The notes under the pieces were generated by a model. The model was not told the origin of the DNA and did not search any database. It was given only the letters and a program-made list of their open reading frames with translations. Shown in pieces: positions 34,057-48,277 of a DNA stretch of 64,000 nucleotides; the first letter of the stretch is position 1; each line of letters opens with the position of its first letter. Location: assembly GCF_009914755.1 (NCBI RefSeq), contig NC_060935.1. The stretch is one strand, 5' to 3'. The translations under genes and the position numbers were made by a program. The DNA is from the human T2T-CHM13v2.0 reference genome, Homo sapiens.

Positions 34057-34548
34057 TGTTGGAAGACAGTTCTCCATGGAGCTTATGTTTCTGTTCATGT
34101 AGTCAGCAGAGGCATGGCTGCCTTTGTTCTGGATGATCTTGTCAAGGATGTTTGTATAGTGAACAGCTTTGGAAGACAGAGACAGTATTTACCTCTGGAG
34201 CAAAGGCAAGAATACTTAATGTTTAGGATAATAAAAGAAGATAGAGTCTTCCTTTGGAGCATAGAGCAGGCATGCTTACTATGTAAAAGATTTGGGTTCC
34301 CCAAGCTCAGATTTCCTCTCCTGTAACACAACCCACTGTATGTACAGGTGTCAAGAGACCTCAGCCCTTGAGCATTGTCACTTGGAAAACTGACAAAAGA
34401 TGTTCTGTCTACTGCTATAGCTGTAAAAATCTCTACTTGGTCTCTGATACTTTGTCTTATAGATTATGCCAGCATCCATAAAACTGGCAAGCGAACTTAC
34501 TAGCTTGCAAGTAGAGTAAAAATCTCAGCTCCTTTATAGCTCCTAACA
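34057..34548. mobile_element. Solo LTR (LTR47-like)
   Basis: TG...CA ends; tagcttgcaagtagagtaaaaatctcag terminal motif; internal repeat ctggagca(a/t)ag..gca..ctta. Confidence 0.6.
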
Positions 34549-36188
34549 GAACGTAGAATCAAATTCAAGTCAGGCTTCCAAACCCATATTATTTACCACT
34601 GTACTTTTGTGCTAGAAGTTGTGTGTTTGGAGGTAAAGTTACAGAAGTGGAATAAAGTCATCTTGCCTCCTCCCTCCTCATGGAACCATCTTTAAAGTCA
34701 AATTAGTTTTTTGGCTGCGGTTGGGGAGAAGACAGTTTAAACTTTATCTTAAAGCCATCTCTGTTTCTGTTTTTCTGTCCTTATGCCATTTTTAATTGTT
34801 TTGGACTCTGACAGTGAGCTCGCCCTTCAATAACTAGATGAGGTGTGGAGAAAGGAGTCTATGTGTCTGCTGGCTCTGTATGGATAAGATAGGGACTTTA
34901 TCTGGGGTCAGGGCAGAAAAAATAATAGATAACCTTTCACTTTGTTGTCAATTTCACTTTTCTGCATAACACAAAGGGAGGGATGGGTCTAAATTAAAGT
35001 CATTGGCTTCTCATGCCCATTACTTTACAGTCTGATAAACCAGTAGTTAAAGTCTGAACTTGTCCTGTTAGCTGAATTTACCAGTGATACCTTCCATATG
35101 TATACTTTATTTTTTTACAATTTGCAAATTACAAAAAAGCAATAGTTGTCTACTTAATCATAGTAATCATTTTGAGAGATAGAAAAATTATGCTCTAAGG
35201 TTAAGTAACTTGCCCAGAGTTACACAGTGCCAGAATTAGAACTTACGTCTAAATCTACTGAATTTCTGCTCAGTGTCTTCTCTGTAACAATCTCTCTTAC
35301 TGAATTCTTTAATACTAGCCCTCATGCCCTTTATAAGGTTGTCCATGCTTTACTAAGAAATCAGCCCTCAGCTAACCTCAAATGAGCAGCTATGAAGATA
35401 ATTTTATTCTAAAGGGAATTGATTGAAACCTCATCTCTTCAATGGCCCAAACTAAAGGAGAGCATGGAGGTAGAACTTGGAGGTCAGGGACCCCACAGTA
35501 AGCATTGCATATATACTGATGGAACCACACATTAAATACATTTCTCTCTATAGAGTTATGTATACCATCTCTGTCTCCTATCTTTGTATTGTTAAGATTG
35601 GCACGTATTTTATTGGCAATTTTATTCCTGCCACATTAGAATGTTGTCAGATAATTTTCAGAACAAATTATCTCTAGATGTATATCTTGAGAAGCTTTCT
35701 TTTTTCATCTTTCTTCAATTTCCTCAAAAATTTACTATATATGGTGTGAAAAGTACTGTGCTAGTTGTTGAGGGAACTGTAATGATAAATAACAAGTAAT
35801 CCCTTTCCTTGAGTACTTTACATTTCAAAGGCAATTTCAGATATATACTCAACTAGCAACAACTCAAAGAAGAATGAAATAGTGTTGTAGAGAAAAGTGT
35901 AAATCACTGTATCAGTGCAGAGAAATGTTAAATGATGTACAATTAGTGTTACTGGTAACAGTTTTGTGAAGCAGATGCTTCTGAACTGAGTTTTCTTGGA
36001 TGAGTAGAATTTTGGTAATTACAGAAAGAAAAGAGCCTATTCCTGGCAGAAGAAACAGGATAGATGTGTGGATAGAAAATGAAAGTGAATGTTATGTTTC
36101 AGGGAAAGGCAGAAGTACAGGATTCATGGGCAAATATAATGCGTAATGAAGATGGAGGAGTAGGATAGGGCTAGAGTGAAGAGCTTTG

Positions 36189-36467
36189 TTGTTGTTGCTC
36201 TTTGTTTGTTTTGAGACAGAGTCTTGCTCTGTCACCCAGGTTGGAGTGCAGTGGCGTGATGATGGCTCACAGCAGCTTCAACCTCTTGGATTCAAGTGAT
36301 CCTCTCACCTCAGCCTCCCAAGTAGTTGGGACTACAGGTGTGCCCTACCACACCTAACTTTTTTTTTTTTTTTGTAGATGCAGGGTCTCCTTATGATGCC
36401 CAAGCAATTCTCCTGCATTGGCCTCCCAAAGTGCTGGGATTACAGGTGTGAGGCATCATGCCTGGCG
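36189..36467 (-). mobile_element. AluJ with a short left-arm deletion
   Basis: TSD agagtgaagagctttg 36173-36188 / 36472-36487. Confidence 0.93.
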
Positions 36468-39400
36468 TTAAAGAGTGAAGAGCTTTGAATGCTGTTTAAA
36501 GACACTAGATATTAACTTGTAGGCTATGAGGAGTCATTGAAGTTTTTTTGGGAAGAGGTATAGCATGATTCATACTCTTTATTTTATGTTCCCTGTTAAC
36601 ACTGTGACACTACTAATTACATGAATTGGCCTCATTTTGCAGAAGCAGAAACTAAAATTTAGAAAACATAAGTTATTTTTCTCATGTCATAATAGTGGTG
36701 ACAAAGTAAAGACCTAGCCAAGTCATCTTCCTCCTACCCTGCAGTTACCCAACATAGAAAATGACAACTTTAGTAGGACTTTTCATTACTATTAAAACAT
36801 AAAAACAGAGTGTTGAAATAAATTACTTAGTATAATTGCAGAAAGAATTATTAGCAGTCTCTTTTCATTTTCTAATACAGGGTTTCTCAAATTTTAGGGT
36901 TCAAATAAAACCTTGGAATTTTGATTCAGTAGGTCTGGAAAGGCACCTGAGATTCTGAATTTCTAATAAGATTCCTAGTGATCGTGATGCCTTTGATCTT
37001 TGAACCAAGTTTTTGTAGCAAAGTTTTATAAAACGTTTCTTGTCCGTTAGCCCTACTTTAAAGATACACATGAACTTAAATTCAACATGTTGTCCTCAAA
37101 TACACTCAATATCCTTTCCCTTTCATGTGTTACTCCAGCTGGCTTGTGTCTCTGAATTGTGAAGGACAATCGAAGTTGAATATTTTGGAAAAGCAACTAA
37201 CAGCATCTGACCCATTCTAGGGACACAGGATTTCTTATTTATGATCATTCTTTTTCTCTACAACTTATATAACCCACTCTCTTCTTTCACTGACTCTTTC
37301 CCATTGGAAATATGAGTTAAGTGTTTTAGGAATGAAAGCAGTAAAAAATTAGGATATCTTTTTCTTCAAAGAAAGTTAAAATTTAAAGAGCCTTATGAAT
37401 TGCCATTTCTAAGCTAAGCTCAGTTGGTGATTTGGAAGTTCAGAAATTAAGCTATGATGCTTCAGGCAGCTTCTACCTTGTAATATCTATGCCCTCTAAA
37501 AGCAGCCCTCAGCCCTCTGCAGGTTTCTTCTCCCTGTATCATCTCTATGAATTCTGATGGGCAGGGCTGTCAGCTGACTGTGCTGACAACATCATAGCTC
37601 TCAGCCTAGTGTTCTCTTTACCACTAGCTTTCAGTTGTTTTGCATTCCCCTTTCTCCTCCTTTTTCTCTTTATGCTTTGAAGCCTGCCTCATTATTTTTC
37701 TTTGATCTCTTGTTTCCCTAACTTCTTTCTATTGCCTTTTTGTTAGTTGTCATGGGAATAGTATTAGCTGGGAGGGCTGAGTCGGTGAGGCTATAGGCAG
37801 ACCTAGTTAGTATTCACAGACCTATAGAATGTCTGTTGGACCTGAAGAAATCTGAGTGATCTCTTGGTCAATCTCTCATGAGACATAGAACAAAAAATCC
37901 TGAGACTCAGAGAGAAGCAGACTTTTCCAGAGAATCCAAGCCTCCTGATTTTATTAGACACATAAACTCTTCCCTCCTCATAGCCACTTTTACTCACTGA
38001 TGTGGAAAAGGGAACGAACCCATGGCCTTAGAGCCCTTATTGTGGTTCACAAAACTAGATATTTTACATTTGCCATTCTAAGCCTAACAAAAATCCTATT
38101 AATTACTGCCTCTGTTTCACAGGTGAAGAAACTAAGTTTCAGAGAGGGCAAATAAATTTTTAAAGCCCATTCAGCTAATCAGTGGAGAACCAAAATTAAA
38201 TACAATATTTTTAATAGAAAAAATAAAGCCTATGAATGCAAGCATTAAAAAAAAAAAAAAAAAGAGAAAACCCATGTCCTTTCCACCATGGTGGACTATA
38301 AAGCAGGTTATAATACTATTTTCAGTAGCCTAATCTTTTTTGCTTAATATATTAAATAATTCTCTTGAATTCTGTATTCTTTTGGGAAATGGGGCCAAAG
38401 ATTTTGGTGTGTTTCATTTTTGGCACCTGTCAAGATGTACGGATACTCAAATCCATAGAACATATTACTTTCATCCCTCTGTCACATTACTGCCCAAGCC
38501 AACACATTGTGGCAAGGCAAACTTATTCTGAGCCTAGCAGGAGGTGTTGTGTTGAACAAGGACTTCGTGTTTGTTAGAGAAGGCCTCTGCCCTCAAACAT
38601 TATATACTCCAGTTGAGTCAAGAAAATTAAAACACAAGAAAATATATGTTGGTGTGCACTCTCCTATAACCCTTATATAATTTGATGAGGAAACTTTGTG
38701 CCTGGGAAGCAATGATATCTGTGTGTTTGGCCTATAATGATCTTCTATCTGGTCTTTCTCCTGCTCAGCATAAGACTGTGAGGTCTGACAGAGAACTAGT
38801 ACTAGGGAGGCTAACAGCCAAATGAAGGTTCTGTAGATCAAACAGGGCTGGTAGGGTTCCTGCCAGGTATTCAGCTGTGACGCTACAGAAGGTACACCTT
38901 ACAAATAGACTTTAAACAAGAACTACTATATATCTGCCCTAACAAAGCCTAAAAACAAGACTTTCCAGGACAAAACTGATCAGGCAGTGAAATAACTACT
39001 TTCTAAAACAAAATTCAACACTTTACAGGAAGACAAACAAACAAAGTGCAGATTCTTAGCATTGCAGTATCAATGTCCTGCAAACAACAAATTACTATCT
39101 ATATGAAGAATAAGGAAATGTGTCCCAAGATTAGGAGAAAAAAGTTAATATAAAGAGACTCAGATATAACACAGACATTTAAAAGAGTAAACATAACTTT
39201 AAAATAACTATTATAAATATATTAAAGGATCCCATAGACAAAGTGTGTGAATTGTAGGACTGTCCACAGAGACATATATGGAAATTGAAAATTGAGTGAA
39301 ATAGTCTGAATACTACCAAAGGATGAAAAAAAAGTATTAAAGAGCAAACTAATCCAAAATGTGTGAAGGAGGAAAATGGCAAAGATAAGAGTAGAGATTA

Positions 39401-42400
39401 ATGAAGAAGAAAATGAATGAACTGTAGAAAATATCAACAAAAGCAAAAGTTGAGCCATTAAAAAGATCAACAAAATTGACAAGTTTCCAGCTAGCTGAAT
39501 CATGAAAAAATGAGAAAACAAACAAATTTGGTAATTTAGTGCATCTAAATGAAAGTGTTGGCATCACTAGAAATTCTATACAGGCAATGAGTAGATAGTA
39601 AGGTACTAGCATAAATAGAATGAACAACTGTAGGCCAATAATTGGATAACTTGGATAAAATTGATGAATCCCTGAAAGATACAAATTCCATAACTGGCAT
39701 GAAAAGAAATTTAAAACTTGCCTTACATATCATTAAATAAGTTGATTTATAGTTAATAAACTTCCCACCAAGATAATGCTAGGGTAATATAGATTCACTA
39801 GTAAACTCTATCAAATGTATTAGAAAAATTAACACCAATCTTTAATATTAATCAATTATTTAAAATATTCAGCATCCAGTAATGATAAAACTAGCAAACT
39901 AGAAACTAAAGGAAGCTTCCTTAACTAGATAAAAGTTATGTATGTAAAACCTACAGCTAATATAATATTTAATGATGAAATATATAAAACTTTGAAAATG
40001 TAAGGATGTTTACTATTTTTATTGATATACAATTATACATATTTTGATACATGCATATAATGCATAATGTTTAAATCAGGATAATTAGGATATCCATCAT
40101 CTCAAACATTTATCATCTCATGTTGGGAACATTTCAAATATTCTGATCTAGCTATTTTGAAATATACACTAGATTATGGTTAACTATAGTCACCCTACTG
40201 TGCTGTCGAACACTAGAACTTACTCCTTCTAATTAACTGTATGCTTGTACCCATTAACCAATCTTCATTTCCACTCCTCTTTCTCAGCCCCTCGTAGCTA
40301 TCATTCTAATCTCTACCTGCATGAGACCAAGTTTTTTATATTCCTCATGTGAGCAAGAACATGTGATATTTGTCTTTCTGTGCCTGACTTATTTCACTTA
40401 ATGTAATGACCTCCAGTTCCATCCATGTTGCTGCAAATGACAGGATTTCATTCTTTATTTTGTGATTGAATAGTATTCCATTGTGCATATCTACCAAATT
40501 TTCTTTATTCATTTATCTCTTGATGGATGCTTACGTTGATTCCATATCTTGGCAAAAGTGCTATACTATAAAAAACGTGGGCATGCAAATATCTCTTTGA
40601 TATATTGGTTTTCTTTCTTTTGGATATGTACCAAGCAGGGGGATTGGTAGATCATATGGTGGACCCACTTTTAGTTTTTAGAAGACTCTCCATACTGTTT
40701 TTCATAGTAGCTGTACTAATTTACATTCCTACTAGCAGTGTACTAGTGTTCCCCTTTCTTTGCATATTCACTAGCATCTGTTATTTGTCTTTTTAATGGT
40801 AGCATTTAACTGAGGTGAGATATTTCATTGTGCCTTTCATTTGTGTTTCTTTGATGATTAGTGATGTTGAACATTTTTTTCATATGACTGTTGACAATCT
40901 GTATGTCTTCTTCTGAGAAATGTCTATTCAGATACTTGCTCATTTTAAATTCAGATTATTATTATTTGCCATTGAGTTTGAATTCCTTATATATTCTGGT
41001 TATTAACTCCTTGTCAGATGGTTAGTTTACAAATATTTTCTCCCATTCTGTAGGATATCTTTTCACTCTGTTGATTGTCTCTTTTGTTGTATAGAAGATT
41101 TTTGGCTTGATATTATCTCATTTGTCTATTTTTTTGTTGTTGTTGCCTGTGCTTTTGAAGTTTTACCTCAAAAATCTTTGCCCAGATCAATATCCTGTAC
41201 TATTTCTCCATTTACTTTTCAGTAGTTTCATAGTTTCAGGTGGTATGTTTTTATTTGATTTTTAGATATTGTGAAAGATAGGGACCTAGTTTCATTATTT
41301 TGTATATGGATATCCAGTTTTACCAGAACTATTTATTGAAGAGACTGTTCTTTCCCCACTGAATTTTTTTTTTTTTTGGTCAAAAATCAGTTTGCTGTAA
41401 ATACATAGATTTATTTCTGGGTTCTCTATTCTGTTCTATTAGTCTATGTGTCTGTTTTTGTACCAGTATTATGCTGTTTTAGTTAGAGGGTGAGGATGTA
41501 TATTTTAGGGTCAGGTAGTATAATGCCTCTAGCTTTGTCCTTTTGCTCAGGGTTGCTTTGGCTATTTGGGTCTTCTGTGGTTCTATATAAATTTAGAATT
41601 GTTTTTCTATTTCTTTGAAGAATGTCATTGGTATTCTGTTAGGGATTGCATTGGATCTGTAGATTGCTTTGGGTAGTATAATCATTTTCCCAATATCAGT
41701 TCTTTAATTTATGAATGTGGGATGTCTTTTCATTTTTTGGTGACCTCTTCAGTTTCTTTCATCAATGTTTTATAGTTTTCCTTGTAGAGATGTTTCACTT
41801 CCTTGGTTAAATTTATTTCTAGGTATTTTTTCTGTAGCTGTTGTAAATGGGATTGCTTTCTTGATTTCCTTTTCACCTAGTCATTGTTGGTGTATAGAAA
41901 TGCTACTGATTTTAGCATGTTAATTTTGTATTTTGCAATGTTACTGAATTTGTTTATCAGTTCTAAGAGTTTTTTGGTGGGGCTTTCAGGGTATATATAA
42001 GATCATGTCTGGTAACAGAACAATTTAACTTATTCCTTTCCCATTTGGATGTCATTTATTTTATCCTTTTGCTTTATTGCCCTAGCTAGGACTTACCATA
42101 TTATGTTCTATGTTGAATACGTGTGGTGAGAGTGGGCATTCTTATTTCATTCCATTTCTTAGAAAACAACCGTTTTCTGTTCAGTATAATGTTAGCTGTA
42201 GGTTTGTCACATATGGCCTTTATTGTGTTGATGTACACTCCTTCTATACTTAGTTTTTTGAAGATTTTTAAAATTATGAGTGCATGTGAAATTTCATCAC
42301 ATGCCTTTTCTGCATCTATTGAGATGATCATATGGTTTTTATTCTTTGTTTTGTTGATATGATACATTACATTTATTGATTTGCATATACCAAATTCTTG

Positions 42401-42729
42401 TATCCTTGGCTTAAATCCCACTTGATCATGGTGAATAATCTCTTTAATTTGCTGATAGATTCAGTTTGCTAGTATTTTGCTGAGAATTTTTAGATCTATG
42501 TTCATCTGGGATATTGGCCTATAGTTTTTTTTGTTTTGTTTTGTTTTCTTTTCTTTTCTGGTTTTGGTATCAGGGTAACATGGGCCTTTTAGAATGAGTT
42601 AGAATAATTCCCTCCTTTTCTACATTCTGGAAGAGTTTGTGAAGAATTGGTACTCATTTTCCTTTAAGTGTTTAGTAGAATTCAGTAGTGAACTCATCAC
42701 GTTCCACACTTTTCTTTGATGGAAGGCTT

Positions 42730-42914
42730 TATTTCTTTTCTTTTTTTGTTCTTTTTCTTTTCTTTTTAAGACAGGGTCTCATTCTGTTGTCTAGGCTGGA
42801 GTTCAGTGGTGTGATCATCGTTCACTTTAACCTCAATCTCCTGGGCTAAAGCGATTCTCCTGCTCTGGCCTCCCAAAGTGCTGGGATTACATATGTGAGA
42901 AACTGCACCTGGCT
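42730..42914 (-). mobile_element. Monomeric Alu (FLAM/FRAM-like or recombined AluJ)
   Basis: Single ~150-bp arm plus T-rich tail inside the L1. Confidence 0.85.
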
Positions 42915-43472
42915 GGGAGACTTCTTATTACTGATTCAATCTCATTACTCATAATTGTTTTGTTAAGATGTTCTATTACTTCTTGGTTTAATTTTGGTAG
43001 ATTGTATGTGACCAGGAATTTGTCCATTTTTACTAGGCTTTCCTATCTGTTATTGTTGTCCATAGTACTCTCTAATGATCCGTTGTATATCTGTGGTATT
43101 AGTTGTAAGGTCTCTTGTTTATTTATAATTTTATTGATTTGGATACATTCTCTTTTTTTCTTGGTTAGTCTGGCTAAGCGTTTGTCAAGTTGGTTTACCT
43201 TTTCATAAAACCACCTTTTCACTTTGTTGTTATTTTGTATTTTTTTTATGTCTCACTTTTCTTTATTTCTACTCTGATCTTTATTATTTCTTTCCTACTA
43301 CTAATTTTGGTTTAGGCTTGTTCTTGTTTTTCTTGCTTTTTGAGAGGAATTATTAGGTTTGTTATGTAAATCTTTTTACTTTTTTGATATAGGCATTTGT
43401 TGCTATAAACTTTCCCCTTGATACCACTTTTGCTGTATCCTACGGGTTTTGGTATGTTGTGTTTCTATTTTC

Positions 43473-44755
43473 TCCCTTCCCCCTTCACTTCCCCCTTCCC
43501 TTCTCCCTTCCTTTCCCCCTTCCCTTCTCCCTTCCCTTCCCCCTTCTCTTCCTTTCCCTTCCCCCTTCTCTTCCCTTCCCCCTTTGCTTCCCTTTCCCCT
43601 TCCCTTCCCCTTCCCCCTTCCCTTCCCCCTTCCCTTCCCCCTTCCCTTCCCCCTTCCCTTCCCCCTTCCCTTCCCCCTTCCCTTCCCCCTTCCCTTCTCC
43701 CTTCCCTTCCCCCTTCCCTTCTCCCTTCCCTTCCCTTCTCCCTTCCCTTCCCTTCCTTCCCTTCTCCCTTCTCCCTTCCCCTTTCCCTTCCCTTCCCTCT
43801 TTCCCCTTTCCTTCCCTTCCACCTTCCCTTCTCTTCTCCCTTCCCTTCACCCTTCTCTTCCTTTCCGCCTTCCCTTCCCCCTTCCCTTCCCCCTTCCCTC
43901 CCCCTTCCCTCCCCCTTCCCTCCCCCTTCCCTCCCCCTTCCCTTCCCCTCCCCTTCCCCCTTCCCACCCCTTCCCTCCCCCTTCCCTTCTCCCTTCCCTT
44001 CCCTTCTCCCTTCCCTTCTCCCTTCCCTTCCCTTCCCTTCTCCCTCCCCTTCCCTTCTCCCTTCCCTTCCCTTCTCCCTTCCCTTTTCCCTTCCCTTCTC
44101 CCTTCCCCTCCCTTCTCCCTTCCCCTCCCTTCTCCCTTCCCTTCTCCCTTCCCTTCCCTTCTCCCTTCCCTTCCCCCTTGCCTTCCCTACTCCCTTCCCT
44201 TCCCCCCTCCCCCTTTCCCCTTTTACCCCTTTCCCCTTTCCTTCCCTTCCCCCTTCCCTTCCCTTCCTGTCCTTTCCCTTCCCTTTCCTTCACTTCCCTT
44301 CACTTCCCTTCACTTCCCTTCCTTTCCCTTCTCCCTTCCCCCTTCCTCCCCTTCCCTTCCCTTTCCCCTTCCCTTCCCCCTTCCTTCCCCTCCCCTTCCC
44401 TTCCCTTCCTTTCCCTTCCCCCTTCCCTTTCCCCCTTCCCCCTTCCCTTCCCTTCCCCCTTCCCTTCCCTTCCCCCTTCCCTTCCTTTCCCTTCCCCCTT
44501 TCCTTCCTTTCCCTTCCCCATTCACTTCCACCTTCCCTTCCCTCCCCTCCCCTCCCCCTCCTCCCCTCCGCTTCCCTTCCTCCTTCCCTTCCCTACCCTT
44601 CACTTCCCTTCCCCCTTCCCTTCCCTACACTTCGCTTCCCTTCCTCCTTCCCTTCCCTTCACGTCCCCCTTCACGTTTTTCCCCCTTCACTTCCCCTTCC
44701 CCTCCCCTCCCCTCCCCTCTGTTCTCCTCTCCTTTCCTCCTTCTTCTTTCTTCTT
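43473..44755. repeat. ~1.28-kb polypyrimidine (CCCTT-based; AAGGG on minus strand) tract, the expanded tail of the adjacent Alu
   Basis: Almost pure C/T; includes a run of the 12-mer cccttccccctt ~43609-43692; lies inside the Alu TSD. Confidence 0.95.
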
Positions 44756-45035
44756 TGATACAGGTTCTCACTTTGTCATCCAGGCTGGAGTGTAGTGGCA
44801 CAATCATGGCTCACTGTAGCCTCAACTTCCTGGGATCAAGTGATCCTCCTAGCTCAGCCTCCCTAGTAGCTAGGACTACAGGTGTGTGCCACCATGCCCA
44901 GCTACATTTTGTATTTTTTTGTAACAGGGGTTTGCCATGTTGCCCAGGCTGGTCTCAAACTCCTGGGCTTAAGCAATCTGCTCATCTTAGCCTCCCAAGG
45001 TGCTGGGATTACAGGCTTGAGCCACTGCAGTCAGT
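44756..45035 (-). mobile_element. AluJ
   Basis: AluJ-type sequence; TSD tctattttc 43464-43472 / tctattgtc 45035-45043 encloses the Alu plus the tract. Confidence 0.93.
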
Positions 45036-46800
45036 CTATTGTCATTATTTCAAGAAAATTAAAATTTTCTTCTTAATTTCTTCATTGACCAACTAATTGT
45101 TCAGGAGGCTGATGTTTAATTTCCATGTATTTGTACAGATTCCAAAGTTCATTTGTTACTGATTTCTAGTTTTATTCCATTATGGTCAGAAAAGATACTT
45201 GATATAATTTCAATTATTTTAAATTTCTTGAGATTTGTTTTGTGACCTAACACATGGTGTATCCTGGAGAATATTCCATGTGCTGAAGAGAGAAATGTAT
45301 ATTCTGCAGCTGTTGGATAAAATGTTCTGTAAATGTCTGTTAGATTTATTTTGTCTAAAGTGCAGTTTAAATCTAATATTTCTGTGTTGATTTTCTGTGT
45401 AAGGTATCTGTTCAATGCTGAGAAAGTGGTGTTTAGGTCCCTAACTATTACTGTATTGGAGTCTAGCCCTCTCTTTAGATCTAATAATATTTGCTTTACA
45501 TATCTGGGTGCTTTGATGTTGAATATATGTTTATAATTGTTATATTATCTTGCTGAATTGATCCATTTATTTTTATATAATAACCATTTTTTGTCTCTTT
45601 TATAGTTATTGACTTAAAATCTGTTTTATCTGATATAAGTATAGCCACTCTTGCTGGCTTTTGATTTCCATTTGTGTGGAATATCTTTTCCTATCCCTTC
45701 ACTTTCAGTCTATATGTCTTTAAAGGTGAAGTGAGTTTCCTGTAGGCAGCATACAGTTGGATTATTTAAAAAATGTATTCAGCCAGTCTGTATCTTTTAT
45801 TGAGGAATGTAATCTGTTTATACTGTTTATTGAGGGTGAGGATGTACTCTTGTTATTTTGTTAATTGTTTTCTTGTTGTTTCTATCTTCTCGTTTATTTT
45901 TTTAATCTCATTTATCTTTTTGGTTTGCCGGTTTTCTGTAGTGACAAACTTTGATTCTTTCCTCTTTATCATTTGTGTATCTGCTCTACCAGTGAGTTTT
46001 ATACTTTTGTGTGTTATTGTGATAGTGATTATCATCTTTTTGGTTCCAGATGCAGAACTTTCTTAAGCATTTTTTTATACTGCCAGTCTAGTGGTGACAA
46101 TTTTCCTCAGTTTTTGCTTGCCTGAGAAAGAGTTTATTTCTTCCTCATTTTTGGAGGATAGCTTTTCTAGGTATGGTATTCTTGGCTTGCAATTGTTTTC
46201 TTTTAGTATTTTTAATATATCATCCCATTCTCTTCTTGCCTGTAAGGTTTCTACTGAGAAATCTATTGTTAGTCTAACGAGGATTCCTTTATATTGACTT
46301 AATACCTTTCTCTTGATGTTTTTTTTTTTTTTTAAATTCTCTTTGCCTTTGAGTTTTGACAGTTTGACTATAATGTGCCTCAGGGAGGATCTTTTTGGGT
46401 TGAATCTACTTGGGGCTTTTCAGCTTCCTGGATCTGGATATCCATATTTCTTCTCAGAACTGGAAAGTTTTCAGCTATTATTGCAGTAAATAGATCTTCT
46501 ATGCCTTTGCCTATCTCTTTTCCTTCTGGCATTACTATTATATGAATGTTTTTTACTTAATGGTGTACCATAATTCTTGTAGGTTTTCTTTACTCTTTTT
46601 TATTTTTATTTTTTTTTCTAACTGGATAATTTTAAATGACATATCTTCAAGTTCAGAGATTCTTTCTTCTGCTTTATCAAGTCTGCTTTCGATGGTCTTG
46701 ATTGCATTTTTTATTTTATTCATTGAATTCTTTAACTGCAGGATTTCTGTTTGGTTCTTCATTATGGTATCTATCTTTTTGTGGAATTTCACATTTATGT

Positions 46801-46915
46801 AAAAATATGGAAAGTTTTACAAATTTGCGTGTCATTCTCATGCAGGATCCATGCTAATCTGATAATCTCCTCTTTATTATTCCAGTTTTAATATATGTGC
46901 TGCTGAAGTGAGCAT
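46801..46915 (-). pseudogene. RNU6: Full-length U6 snRNA retrocopy, 5' part of U6-L1 chimera 2
   Basis: Reverse complement atgctcacttcagcagcacatatattaaaactggaa..gattagcatgg..atgacacgcaaatt..ttccatattttt; ~8-nt internal duplication; TSD aggatgtttact 40003-40014 / aagatgtttact 46916-46927. Confidence 0.95.
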
Positions 46916-48277
46916 AAGATGTTTACTCTTATCATGACAATTCAGTATTTTACTAAAGGTAGTAGCCAGTGCAATAAGTCACAGAAAATAAATAAAAGGC
47001 ATATGTAGGAAAAAGGCAAACAAAAATTTGGGCAACATGCTTGTGTGTATTAAAAATTCTAAGAGTTTAAAAAATGTGCACTAGAACTAATAAAGAAATT
47101 TAGCAAAGTCACAGTATGCAAAATAAATAGACAAAATCAATTGTTTTATAAACTATCAATAATTTGAATATGAAATTAAATAAAAATAATACAATGTGTA
47201 ATAAAAATATGAAAAATTTAGTAAACGATATGTAGTAACTCTACATTTAAAACTATAGAACACTGCTTAAAAATTAAGAAAGACCTAAAAATGTGGAACA
47301 ATGTGCTATACTAGGATTGGGAGACTTAGTACTGCATTGTTAATTTGGTAATTCTTCCTAAACTGATGTATAGATTCACTGTGATCACAATCAAAAGCTC
47401 ATGTGGCTGTTTTGGTAGAGATTGCTGATTTTATTTTGAAATTTATAGGCAATGCAAATAATCCAGAATAGACAAAACAATTTTGAAAAAGAAGAACAAA
47501 GTTGGGTAACTTAAGTTTATTGACTTTAAGACTAATCATAGAGTTACAGTAATCAGAGTTTAGAAATATATGATTCACACTTATGTGGTTATATAATTTT
47601 TGACAAAGTTACCAAGGTAATTCAATGGGGGTAGAGGTAGTCTTTTTAACAAATGGTGCTGAAATAACTGGATATTTATATAGATAAAATAAATCTTATC
47701 TTTTACTTTGTATAGCACATAATAATTTATATAAAATTAATTATGGACTTCAATGTAAATATTAAAATTATGAAATGTCTAGAAGAAAACATAGAAAAAT
47801 GTTATTATTACCTAGGAATCAGCAGACATTTCTTGTCTAGTACTCAAGAAACATAAAAAAGTAAATAATTTTAGCAAATTTTACTTTATCAAAATTAAAA
47901 CTTCTATTCTTAAACAGCATGAGTAGGTAAACAAAAACACAAGTTTCAGGCAGGTGGAGTATATTCGTAGTTCATACTATTGAAAAATGATTTATCTCCA
48001 GAATGTACAAAGATTCCTATAAAAATAATAATTTAAAAATTAAAGTCAAGAAAACTGGATGAAAAACTTAAATATTTCACATAGGAATATTTTTAAATGG
48101 CAAATACACTCATGAAAATGTGTTTGACATTAATTGTCATCTGAGATATGCAAAGAGAAAATATAATGAGAAACCAGTAAACATCTACTATAATGGCTAA
48201 AATTACAAGGGATGATAGCACCAGATGTTAATGGTGATATAGAGCAACCAGAACTTTCATACATTGCTATTTGGAAG

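Larger units (their letters stand above)
40015..46800 (-). mobile_element. Long L1 (L1MA4-6-like) from within ORF1 to the 3' end; 3' part of U6-L1 chimera 2
   Basis: ORF1 coiled-coil remnant 46553-46792, EN remnant 45149-45415, RT remnant 42101-42421, 3'UTR ~40015-40400. Confidence 0.9.

Noticed and set aside
43403-45096. 446-545 aa Pro/Ser/Phe/Leu-rich ORFs and Gly/Lys/Arg/Glu-rich antisense ORFs
   Set aside because: A pure C/T (or G/A) tract cannot encode stop codons, so all frames are open; artefact
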